NCBI GenBank assembly: GCA_040954595.2
Contig: CM082576.2
Span: 16,973,028 to 17,037,027 of the forward strand
DNA length: 64,000 nucleotides
Direction of reading: 5' to 3'
From: Balanoglossus misakiensis
Lineage: Eukaryota > Animalia > Hemichordata
The position numbers and the translations under genes were made by a program. Below the pieces are notes generated by a model. The model saw only the letters and a program-made list of their open reading frames with translations, searched no databases and was not told the DNA's origin. Of the stretch, positions 23,590 through 35,277 are shown in pieces (position 1 is the stretch's first letter; each line of letters opens with the position of its first letter).

Positions 23590-26048
23590 TAGCTACATTG
23601 GTAGGCTGAAAGCTTACTCCCTGAGACTGTTTGAGCCAATGACGGGTAAGACCGCTTATGAAGTGGTGACCTAAGACAGGCGACAGTCAGGCTTTACTTA
23701 CAAAAAGTGGAAAATATAATAGCTACATTGGTAGGCTGAAAGCTTACTCCCTGAGACTGTTTGAGCCAATGACGGGTAAGACCGCTTATGAAGTGGTGAC
23801 CTAAGACAGGCGACAGTCAGGCTTCACTTACAAAAAGTGGAAAATATAATAGCTACATTGGTAGGCTGAAAGCTTACTTCCTGAGACTGTTTGAGCCAAT
23901 GACGGGTAAGACCGCTTATGAAGTGGTGACATAAGACAGGCGACAGTCAGGCTTCACTTACAAAAAGTGGAAAATATAATAGCTACATTGGTAGGCTGAA
24001 AGCTTACTTCCTGAGACTGTTTGAGCCAATGACGGGTAAGACCGCATATGAAGTGGTGACCTAAGACAGGCGACAGTCAGGCTTCACTTACAAAAAGTGG
24101 AAAATATAATAGCTACATTGGTAGGCTGAAAGCTTACTCCCTGAGACTGTTTGAGCCAATGACGGGTAAGACCGCTTATGAAGTGGTGACCTAAGACAGG
24201 CGACAGTCAGGCTTCACTTACAAAAAGTGGAAAATATAATAGCTACATTGGTAGGCTGAAAGCTTAATCCCTGAGGCTGTTTGAGCCAATGACGGGTAAG
24301 ACCGCTTATGAAGTGGTGACCTAAGACAGGCGACAGTCAGGCTTCACTTACAAAAAGTGGAAAATATAATAGCTACATTGGTAGGCTGAAAGCTTACTCC
24401 CTGAGACTGTTTGAGCCAATGACGGGTAAGACCGCTTATGAAGTGGTGACCTAAGACAGGCGACAGTCAGGCTTCACTTACAAAAAGTGGAAAATATAAT
24501 AGCTACATTGGTAGGCTGAAAGCTTACCTCCTGAGACTGTTTGATCCAATGACGGGTAAGACCGCTTATGAAGTGGTGACCTAAGACAGGCGACAGTCAG
24601 GCTTCTCTTACAAAAAGTGGAAAATACAAAAGCTACATTGGTAGGCTGAAAGCTTACTCCCTGAGACTGTTTGAGCCAATGACGGGTAAGACCGCTTATG
24701 AAGTGGTGACCTAAGACAGGCGACAGTCAGGCTTCACTTACAAAAAGTGGAAAATACAATAGCTACATTGGTAGGCTGAAAGCTTACTCCCTAAGACTGT
24801 TTGAGCCAATGACGGGTAAGACCGCTTATGAAGTGGTGACCTAAGACAGGCGACAGTCTGGCTTCACTTACAAAAAGTGGAAAATGTAATAGCTACATTG
24901 GTAGGCTGAAAGCTTAATCCCTGAGGCTGTTTGAGCCTATGACGGGTAAGACCGCTTATGAAGTGGTGACCTAAGACAGGCGACAGTCAGGCTTCACTTA
25001 CAAAAAGTGGAAAATATAATAGCTACATTGGTAGGCTGAAAGCTTACTCCCTGAGACTGTTTGAGCCAATGACGGGTAAGACCGCTTATGAAGTGGTGGC
25101 CTAAGACAGGCGACAGTCAGGCTTCACTTACAAAAAGTGGAAAATATAATAGCTACATTGGTAGGCTGAAAGCTTACTTCCTGAGACTGTTTGAGCCAAT
25201 GACGGGTAAGACCGCTTATGAAGTAGTGACCTAAGACAGGCGACAGTCTGGCTTCACTTACAAAAAGTGGAAAATATAATAGCTACATTGGTAGGCTGAA
25301 AGCTTCCTTCCTGAGACTGTTTGAGCCAATGACGGGTAAGACCGCTTATGAAGTGGTGACCTAAGTCAGGCGACAGTCAGGCTTCACTTACAAAAAGTGG
25401 AAAATATAATAGCTACATTGGTAGGCTGAAAGCTTCCTTCCTGAGACTGTTTGAGCCAATGACGGGTAAGACCGCTTATGAAGTGGTGACCTAAGACAGG
25501 CGACAGTCAGGCTTCACTTACAAAAAGTGGAAAATATAATAGCTACATTGGTAGGCTGAAAGCTTACTCCCTGAGACTGTTTGAGCCAATGACGGGTAAG
25601 ACCGCTTATGAAGTGGTGACCTAAGACAGGCGACAGTCAGGCTTCACTTACAAAAAGTGGAAAATATAATAGCTACATTGGTAGGCTGAAAGCTCACTCC
25701 CTGAGACTGTTTGAGCCAATGACGGGTAAGACCGCTTATGAAGTGGTGACCTAAGACAGGCGACAGTCAGGCTTCACTTACAAAAGTGGAAAATATAATA
25801 GCTACATTGGTAGGCTGAAAGCTTACTTCCTGAGACTGTTTGAGCCAATGACGGGTAAGACCGCTTATGAAGTGGTGACCTAAGACAGGCGACAGTCAGT
25901 CTTCATTTACAAAAAGTGGAAAATATAATAGCTACATTGGTAGGCTGAAAGCTTACTTCCTGAGACTGTTTGAGCCAATGACGGGTAAGACCGCTTATGA
26001 AGTGGTGACCTAAGACAGGAGACAGTCAGGCTTCACTTACAAAAAGTG

Positions 26049-26521
26049 GGGGTCATCTGTTTTTTTTTAAACGTTTAGGGGAGGTCACATACTTTTGCCA
26101 CCGAACTTTTACTGTTGAGTCCACAAAATTGCAGTTTTGCACCCTTTATTTTACAAAATTTTCTCATGTGGGAGGGGGACACCCCCTCCCAAGCCCACCC
26201 CCGCCACTTTTCTTGTTTTACCAATTCTAGCAACTATTGTATTGACTTGTCATTTTATTTTGATCATAGATTTCTTTATTGCAACGATATACTATTATAT
26301 ACTTCAATTACTTTTAAGAAATTTATAATTGAGGTGTGAGGAGCCTCATTCCCTTTATTGGATACAGTGTACATAGGATCAGGAGGGGGGGGGCATCTTA
26401 TTTTTGGGTCTGTCAAAGGGGGGTCATCATTTTTTGGTGCTGGGTGAAGGGGGGGTCGGCCTGATTTGGAAAACCGATGACACAAACTTGCCGCCCCCCC
26501 CCCCAGCCGTACGGTCCCTTA
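26049..26521. mobile_element. Dispersed non-autonomous repeat (G/C-tract MITE-like), left end missing where it abuts the satellite
   Basis: Clearly homologous to ~32160-32600 and ~38070-38195. Ends in CCCCAGCCGTA...CGGTCCCTTA. Superfamily not determined. Confidence 0.65.
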
Positions 26522-26751
26522 TGATATTTACATAACCAGAGTATGGCGTCAGAAATTGCGTTATTCTGAGTAGTAACTAACATGAGTTAAATCTTACAAT
26601 TTATATAAATATATACCCAGAGTTTTGTTGATGGACAAAGTGACTTCACAACCTTGCATCCATCTTAATTTACCCCGGGAAATAAAATCCCACAATGAAT
26701 GTTCTAGTTGGAAGAGTGTTTTTTTCCAAACATTGACTGTCTATTATTGTT

Positions 26752-26939
26752 CCCTTACAAAAACATTCTGTAGACATCTATACAAATCTATAACCAATGA
26801 ATTTCTATAGAAATTTACAGAATTATTATGGACATCTATTGGATGTATATGAAGTTTTTAACTCTTTCACTATTGAAATTTCTTGAAGCATCAATAAATA
26901 TACAATGCTGTAGAACTCTATAGAACATTTTTGTGAGGG
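26752..26939. mobile_element. Short CMC/EnSpm-like MITE
   Basis: Imperfect TIRs CCCTTACAAAAACATTCT...AGAACATTTTTGTGAGGG, TT on both flanks, internal CTATAG repeats. A related copy is at 51320-51496. Confidence 0.6.
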
Positions 26940-26995
26940 TTGTGTGTCGTCATTTTGGTCTTACCGCTGCCTATCTCATCAGAAGGCGAATTCTT

Positions 26996-29044
26996 CTATA
27001 GTTCCAGTACTTTGATGCAGTTATGTTCACTGTCAGCCACAGCCATTCTTGGTACACTACCAGGTAACAATGCCAGCCCCCAGCTATTCCTCAAATCATC
27101 TTCATCAGTGTCAACTCGGCAAATGAACCTTCCGCTGGAGTCAAACTTCTGGATGCGGCTTTTCAGATCGCCCACGTACAGGTATCTGTCTTTATCAAGA
27201 CACAGACCTGTCAACACCCACAACTGACCAGTGTCGGTCCCAGCCATTCCAAACTTGTACAAGAACTGGTCATCTGCGTTGAACACCTGGACGCGATGGT
27301 TGCCACATTCAGCAACGAACAAAATGCTTTGGCCGTCTGTTGCCATGGCAATTGGTCCGTTGAATTCGCCATCTTTATCACCAAATTCTCCTATGGATTT
27401 GATGTATTTACCATCCTGTGTGTATTTCCTGACACAGTGTGTACTCTTGTCTGCGCCATCCCCATACTCTCCATCCCAGTCTGACACATAAATAGCGCCA
27501 TCTAGAGGACTGATGCAGATACCTCGTGGATATTTCAGCTCATCTTGTCCAAAGCATCTGACTATCTCTCCATTGTCGTCACTGACAACCACTTGCTTGT
27601 TACCACCATCTGTCGTCAAGTACTTGTTGTCAGCGGATACAGCCACATCATACGGTCGAAAGTCTCTCTTGAATTCTTTGAATGAGAACACTCCTTTACA
27701 ATTCCCATCAGAGTCCATTACTTGAATTCTATGGTTATGTACCGGTACTTCAGCCACAACTAAATTTCCATCTCGGTTTATGGCTAATGAAATTGGAAAG
27801 TGCAGCTGTCCTTCATTGTCACCTTTTCTGCCGAGAGTCTTTTTCAGACGACCTCTAGCGACGGTAAAGTTCACAGGGGATCCTGGTATTGGCTCCTTGT
27901 CTATTGTCAAGTTAATGGTGTACTTGCCAACTATTGGTGTGTTTATGACCACATAATGCGTACCATCTCTGTTATCTGTAACTTCAAGACTCTCCTGTGC
28001 TCCGTTGGGTTTTATCACCGTTGCTTTCAATTCTTGTCTAGGGATAACTTGTCTCCCACAGTTGTCTCTGGTTGTGATGTCTATCTTCACTCCCTTGCTA
28101 CGCTTTTCTGTCAATGTTTCTACGTAGTTGCACATGATCATAACAATCGCATGTTTAAAATCAAGATCTTCCATTTCACTCTGAAAATCTTTGATCTTTT
28201 GATTGTGTGATTTAGTCAGGAACTCTGACAGTTGGTCTTATTTCTTCTGTACTTCCAACACAAGAGATTCCTCTTTCCTGTTGAGTTTCTGTACTTCTGC
28301 CTCCATCCTCTCTCTCGCTCCATCCTTCCGGCGTTTGACCTCAACTCAAATTTCATCTACCTCACAGGCCTTGACCTTCAGTCTCTCCACCATCTCTGAC
28401 AACTGTCTGCCGTAGTCAACTTGCACCTCCCGCAAGTCTCTGTGGAAATGATCAGGAATCCGGTGCTTGGTGACTGTGCAGTCACGACACACCAACACCT
28501 GGCAGGTGTCACAGTAAAACTTGACTTCATTTTCCGGATGGGTCCCACAACAGACTCTAGCTTTCACCTTGGAAGGGTTGGTGGACATCGCCTCCTTGTA
28601 TTCCTGGACGGTCAGGACTTGATGAGAGTTGGTCTGTTTAACTCTTCCGTGGATCTTCCCGCATGATGCACAGCAAAATTGCTGGCAATCAATGCAAAAA
28701 TGTGAACTTTCATTTTCTCCACAAAGCTCACATTTTCCAGCAGTTTTGTCTGAAGATTCAAGACGTTTCTTCAACACAACATCTGACAGAGACTTGATGT
28801 AAACGTTCTTTGGAAGTTCAGGGACACCTCCATGAGAAAGCTCGACCGGTTCTCTACATGATGGACAGAGCAGCTGACCTTGACTTTTTTCCACCAATGT
28901 CATCAAGCATTTCTCACAGAATGTGTGATAACATGGGAGGATTTTAGGGTCCTTATAAAATTCAAAGCATATTGAACAGATCAAGAAATCCTCACCGATT
29001 TCATTCAGAATTTCTTCAGCTGAGACACCAGGAGCTGCAGCCAT
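26996..29044 (-). pseudogene. TRIM-NHL E3 ligase (TRIM2/3/71-like architecture: RING, two B-boxes, coiled coil, filamin, NHL repeats); one intronless frame with two premature stops
   Basis: RING CSIC...PCYHTFCEKC...CPSC; B-boxes CELC...CIDC and CGTH...YCDTC...CRDC; filamin DNRDGTH...IPGSP; NHL repeats (FNGPIAMA, GNHRVQVF). ORFs 28346-29044 and 26996-28174 share one frame, with TGA at 28346-28348 and TAA at 28238-28240. Likely 5'UTR splice acceptor at 29111-29112. Confidence 0.85.
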
Positions 29045-32000
29045 CTTTACTTTGCCCTTGTCCAGGGGGTGACAACGATTGTACTGTACTGTACTCTGAT
29101 TTAAGGTGCCCTAAATCAAAAGAAAACCAACAGTTAACGGTTAGCTTGCTATATGACTTTTGAGGGCATTTGTATTATGATCATACCTTGCTTCACACTG
29201 AACTTGAAGTTTGGTGAGCGTGGAATCCAGATTAATGGTCATGGGCTCATATTCATGTACAAAATGTTTTTCATTCAATAAAAAACTGTCATGATCGGTC
29301 ATCTGCTATACAGTCACTTCAGTTCAGACTGGGAAACAAGTATTGACACAGAACATTGCATGTACATGTAGTTGTTCTGGCTACAGGCTTGACCTGAAAC
29401 ATTACAACAAAACCTACAATACTACCTCTGACAGTGACTAGTAAAATAGAAGACAAAATACACTGCGAACAAAAGCTAATTTGGGAACTTTGTAACAAAC
29501 TAGCCTCGAAAAATATACTGTGAAAAACTATCAAATGTGCATGTACTAACCTGAAAAACACACAGAACATATTACGTGTACATGTGGCTGTTTTGGCTAC
29601 AGGCTCGAACTGAAGGCTGCTTCAGGTTTTCCTTTGTTCAATGACAGCTGCAGATGTATAGACGGAAATGGTTGGCTGGTTGGATATCCAGCCAGGTGTA
29701 ATAAAACTATGAAAATTAGATACAATTAACATCACAAAAAAGAGTTAGACACACAGGCACATACTCAGCCGACAACAAAACACCAAAATGAATAACTTAG
29801 AAAAATTTACGTGAACAAATTGTTGACATGACAAACTTCAACTTAATATTTCATCTAGCTCCATCCAAAACTGACCATACTAAACCATGAATATCAGAAA
29901 ATCACCACTTTGTTTTCTTTAACTGAGTTTCCATACCTTTTCTCCCAGACTGGCAGGTCTTGACTGTCTATCTAATGCAATGTTTGCACCGTGAGAATAT
30001 GGTGGCTCTTACACAGTACTACATGCAGCCCTGGTGAACTTATTGAAATGGTGAAGTATTTGGTCTTGTTACTCTAATGAATACTGAATGTGTAATCTTT
30101 GTGGCCAATAACAGCTTTTGTAGATACGATGTTCTGGGGTTATGCAGCTTGGAAGGCTGCCAATTTTCATGCCATTGGTTAAGCAATATACTGATAATGG
30201 ACAATTGTATCCAGTTGTCCTTTGTGTGTTATGTTTGCAGGCTAGTGAAAAAGTCACGACATCTGACCCAAGTGCACAAGGGAAGTTTCCTTGAACAAAG
30301 AAATTCTTACATCTAGATAGACTGAACTGCACAAAGCAATACTGCCAGCTCAGCCAGCTATAAATCTTATTTAAATGACTTGATCCTTCACCCTAGACTT
30401 GCTCCAAGTCTATGGGATGTGTAGGGAACGTGTCGGCCCATAGACTTGTACACCTTGCTGCTTTCCGGTTGCTATGAATTATTCATGTTGACGTCATTTA
30501 TGAATATTCATTAGCTAATTTAAATAGTGGGCGGAGTTTCAATGCATTACCTCGAGTACCCGAAAATCATATTTGGGTCGCTCATAGCGAAAACGCAAAC
30601 GGGTTTACTCATTTTATGTGAAATTCGTTCATCAATTTTTATGGTCTGATGGCTGAAACCATAGTTGCAGTGCAGCGACACTGTACGATGTATACGCTCA
30701 AATTACAGAGTGCGCGTGCCACACAAACAGACGTTGACATCACAGGTCGCGCCGTACTTGACTTACGAACGTGGGTTCTACGCGTTCACGTTATATCACA
30801 TCTCTTTATTCTCATTGGCGCACGGGATCGACGCCCCTGTCAATCATTCTCGACTCCGTCAACAAACGGCCTGAGCGTTTGTAGATTTTGCAAGGTGTAC
30901 TAGTCGCTTGGTCGACGCTACCCGAAACCACAAGCTCAGTCGCAAATTCGAAACTCGCCTCACTACCAAAAACACGCTAAAGGCAAGCATGCACGCAAAA
31001 AGTATTGAAATTATTTATTAAGACAAAAAAACACCGAAAACACAAAAAGTATTGAGATTTAAAAATCACCAAGCGACTAGTGGGCTAGTCTACCTTCACC
31101 CCAAAATAATGAATGTTTAGTTCTTATAATTGAAGGGTTGAAATTACCGTTTCTCTAACAATGGATCAATGGATGCAGTCAAACCAAAACTGACAAGGGT
31201 CAGATTCAAGGAACATGAGGCATCACAGCAAATTTTAATTTCAAGATTCAATAAAAGTAATACTGGTTTTATTTCACGTAACTACATTCTTTTCAACAAG
31301 TATTCATCTAGAAATAGTTCATGCGCAACCCGCAGTACTGTTGGTTACCATAGAAACAATCTCAATATAACGAAGTGCCCTGCATGCATAGTGAAAACAC
31401 TGAGAACTTAAAGGTCTGTTCCATCAAAATTCACCCCAAGTTATCTTCAAGGTGTATTTCACTCTCGACCACTGTATATATTTCAGAGGGGAAATCCTAA
31501 ATGGTTTTCATGGCAGTTGCACAAGATGGTATCAATCATAACACAAAAAGATTTATATTCTAGCATCGGTTAATTCAACGAAAACATCAGTGTATGACTG
31601 AGGTCTGACGATTATGGCTCAGAAATAAAAGCAATTCTTTAAAAAAACATTGTAGAAAATAATATCACAATGACCAAGTAGCTGCTTATTCAATTGAAGA
31701 CGAACTGAATCAATGTTTTCAGTTAATTATTGGCAATGGCAAGTTCTGCCCCCTCATCATTGCAAGGTACCGGTACATCTCATCCAAGAGTTTTCTGTTG
31801 TGAGGTTGGACTGAGATAGGATAGAGGGTTTAGGAGGGTTAATTGAATTACTGATTGGACGTTTTGATTTGTAGTAATTGCTTAATATCATACTCTGAAA
31901 CAACACACAACACCTCTCAAAAATATAACTTAAACTACACTCAAGTATTCCTGCACAGCAGAACAGTAAAATTATACAATGAAATTCAAAACCAAATCTC

Positions 32001-32159
32001 GACAATAATTAACATACTACAGTATAGCAGAAGTTCACAAAAATTAAATTTCAATTAAACTTGCTTGCAAACCTTCACAAATATCAGTCATTGCCAAGGC
32101 TATTTGTCTCACACACATTACTGTCACACACTGATGGATTGTGATAGTTCTCCCAAACA

Positions 32160-32600
32160 TAGATAATTTGCTTTTGAGTTCATTAAAATGCAACTTTGAG
32201 CTACATATTTTACAAAATTTTCTTATGTGGGAGGGGGACATCCCCTCTCACACCCACCCCTCCACTTTTTTTGTTTTACCAATTCTACCAACTATTGTAT
32301 TGAGCTGTCATTTTAAGTTATTCGTAGATTTCTTTATTGCAACGCTATACTATTATAAACTTCAATTACAGAAATTTACAATGAGGTGTGAGGATCACCT
32401 TTCCCTTTATTGCATACAGTGTACATAAGATCAGGATGGCAAATGTTTTAGTGGTGGGGGTCATCATATTTTGGGCCTGTCAAAGGGGGGGGGTGTCATC
32501 ATTTTTTGGTCCTGGGTGAAGGGGGTCGGCCTGATTTTGAAAACCGATGACATAAACTTGCCCCCCCCCCCCCCCCAGCCGTAAAAACTGAACGGCCCCA
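32160..32600. mobile_element. Second copy of the dispersed repeat at 26049-26521
   Basis: Shared blocks ATGTGGGAGGGGGACA, TTGTTTTACCAATTCTA, AAAACCGATGACA and poly-C AGCCGTA. Left boundary approximate. Confidence 0.6.
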
Positions 32601-32878
32601 TAGTCCGTATTGGCGCCTTGTGGAAGTACTGGCATAGACCGCAGCGAAGTAATATATGGAGTGTCCGAATTATATACGAGTAGAAATTACGTGCTTTTTG
32701 CTCACGGAGCTAGCACAGAAACAAAATCGTTTTCATTCCGTTTTCTTTCCCTGCAGGTCTTCCGGTATAATAAACATCTTCCGAAAATGGCTGAGAAGAC
32801 CGGTAAGTGTTTCATTCAGACCATGGAACTAGATGTTCAGACCAATCTTTTGACTAAATGTAAAATTCTTAAATGTTT

Positions 32879-34561
32879 GAAAACTGAGCGGTGGTTTGAT
32901 TCGCAAACATTATACATTGTTAACATGTTCATGCGTTCGTTGGCCGGAATACAGATGGCCTACTACATGGAGAAATACAAGATGGACTATCTGGTCAGAG
33001 CCGACGGACCTGGCTCCTTTACTTGAAAGTATCCCTGACTTGAACTTATTGCTATTCAACGAAGAGGACCCGCTGCTGTTCACTGACTAAACATATGAAC
33101 TCTTTCTTAGTCAAGTAAAGTAAACTGACCTCAACTGAAATCTTGGGATGTGAGTATCCACGAAGAGAATTTTAAAAAAATTGTAGCTGGGGATTTTGGA
33201 ATTTCTGATATTGTTAAAATGCTGCTGCTTTTTTGGCCACACTATTTTCATTAATTGTTTAAAGTCGCGCCGCGTTTGTTGATAAACATTACAATTCATC
33301 CACAAATCCCTGGAATGAGATCATTCTTAGAGTGAATGAAGCAGCCAACCATAGCATATAGGCTGGTCATGACAGCAACTGAAGATCCTAGTAGGTCGTG
33401 GCGACTGCAGTGAAGTTTGCGCTGTTATTGGAGGACATATTCTCATCAAGGGGGACACCCACGCGGCGCGGCGACCCCTTCTCTTAAAAAAAATCACATT
33501 TATTCAGTTCAGTGAAACACATTGCGTATGTCGACTTAAGCGAGGTTAATCACCCGCAGAATCGTTCGAAATGAAAACTCATATCTTGTAACGTCAATTT
33601 TACAGGTATTTTCAGGATTTCTGCAAGAAATACAAAACCAACGTCCGCTAACACACCAACATCACCAACGTACACCGAGACTGGAGTTGGCAACAGCGCC
33701 TGTGAGGTGAATGCACCAGAAAACTGAGCGGTGGTTTGATTCGCAAACATTATACATTGTTAACATGTTCATGCGTTCGTTGGCCGGAATACAGATGGCC
33801 TACTACATGGAGAAATACAAGATGGACTATCTGGTCAGAGCCGACGGACCTGGCTCCTTTACTTGAAAGTATCCCTGACTTGAACTTATTGCTATTCAAC
33901 GAAGAGGACCCGCTGCTGTTCACTGACTAAACATATGAACTCTTTCTTAGTCAAGTAAAGTAAACTGACCTCAACTGAAATCTTGGGATGTGAGTATCCA
34001 CGAAGAGAATTTTAAAAAAATTGTAGCTGGGGATTTTGGAATTTCTGATATTGTTAAAATGCTGCTGCTTTTTTGGCCACACTATTTTCATTAATTGTTT
34101 AAAGTCGCGCCGCGTTTGTTGATAAACATTACAATTCATCCACAAATCCCTGGAATGAGATCATTCTTAGAGTGAATGAAGCAGCCAACCATAGCATATA
34201 GGCTGGTCATGACAGCAACTGAAGATCCTAGTAGGTCGTGGCGACTGCAGTGAAGTTTGCGCTGTTATTGGAGGACATATTCTCATCAAGGGGGACACCC
34301 ACGCGGCGCGGCGACCCCTTCTCTTAAAAAAAATCACATTTATTCAGTTCAGTGAAACACATTGCGTATGTCGACTTAAGCGAGGTTAATTACCCGCAGA
34401 ATCGTTCGAAATGAAAACTCATATCTTGTAACGTCAATTTTACAGGTATTTTCAGGATTTCTGCAAGAAATACAAAACCAACGTCCGCTAACACACCAAC
34501 AGCACCAACGTACACCGAGACTGGAGTTGGCAACAGCGCCTGTGAGGTGAGTGCACCAGAA
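32879..34561 (+). repeat. Recent 840-bp tandem duplication (two copies)
   Basis: 32879-33718 is repeated at 33719-34558, and duplicate ORFs are offset by exactly 840. Three substitutions seen; GAA microhomology at the junction. Confidence 0.95.
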
Positions 34562-34883
34562 CGCCACCCGCCGTACTTTTTTGACTGACTTTTGTTTATA
34601 TGGTCAACTCCATTTCGAAGTAATTACGAACACACGACTTCAACGTGTTTTTATGGTTTCTCCATTCTTTCACAGGTCGCCGACCATCCCGCCCGATCTG
34701 CTGGTTTGATTGGGTCAAATTCGCCTGGTACACTCCTTTCGTTGACGCCAACAACAAAGTCAACGACATGTACCATCTGCAGTCTCTCCACGCCTTGCGT
34801 AAATGCGAAGCCACCAGAGTGTGCAAGACGGAAGACGCCAAATTTAGCATCTGCCAAACTAAAATCCACCAGAATGATATAAT

Positions 34884-35277
34884 ATAGAACAAATGGACGA
34901 CGCCCTGACCATTAACGTTTGTTTATTGGCGAGGGCGAGGGGAAAGCCAAAAATTCATGGGCGAGGCTTTCGAGCCCATTAATTTTGGCGTTCCTCGGGC
35001 CCGAGCTCATAAACAAACGTTAATGATCAGGAAGGAGTCGGTTATTTCCATTATATTACCAACGAATTCATTAAAACCGTCAAAATTTACGAAAATGTCC
35101 CACGCAAAAGACTAGGTGCCCCTGAACTTGTGTTACGCAAAATGTTGTATTCACTGACGTTTGTTAATATTACTATTCAGATTTACGGGCATGTAAACAA
35201 ACCATTACTGTGTATGTGTGGTCAGTGACGTCGTTCATCTCGACCAATTAAAATGTGACGCACAGGCGATGGTAATT
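34884..35277 (+). mobile_element. Non-autonomous hairpin-bearing interspersed repeat
   Basis: Imperfect ~155-bp palindrome at 34891-35047. A reverse-complement copy lies at ~44440-44791. Confidence 0.65.

Larger units (their letters stand above)
1..26048. repeat. 130-bp tandem satellite array (about 87 monomers, open at the left window edge), interrupted by transposon insertions
   Basis: TTGGTAGGCTGAAAGCTTAC recurs at 1, 131, 261, 391, 521 and 651. Consensus monomer: TAGCTACATTGGTAGGCTGAAAGCTTACTCCCTGAGACTGTTTGAGCCAATGACGGGTAAGACCGCTTATGAAGTGGTGACCTAAGACAGGCGACAGTCAGGCTTCACTTACAAAAAGTGGAAAATATAA, with only a few substitutions per copy and one HindIII site in almost every monomer. Blocks: 1-773, 9367-9891, 10801-11456, 12504-13935, 14983-16544, 17592-19413, 20461-22542, 23590-26048. 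Confidence 0.98.

Noticed and set aside
1-26048. Regular repeat array as CRISPR or as a tandem RNA gene cluster
   Set aside because: There are no unique spacers and monomers abut directly. No cas genes, and no tRNA, 5S, snRNA or hammerhead core recognisable on either strand.
29345-29615. Degenerate ~214-bp-spaced direct repeat upstream of the TRIM frame
   Set aside because: Only two short diverged blocks; no function can be inferred.
30460-30545. Cluster of TF-like motifs (TGACGTCA, GGGCGGAG, TTCCGG, ATGAATATTCAT) as the TRIM promoter
   Set aside because: Adjacent sequence is homologous to the CACTA subterminal region at ~43425, so it may be transposon-derived. No TSS evidence.
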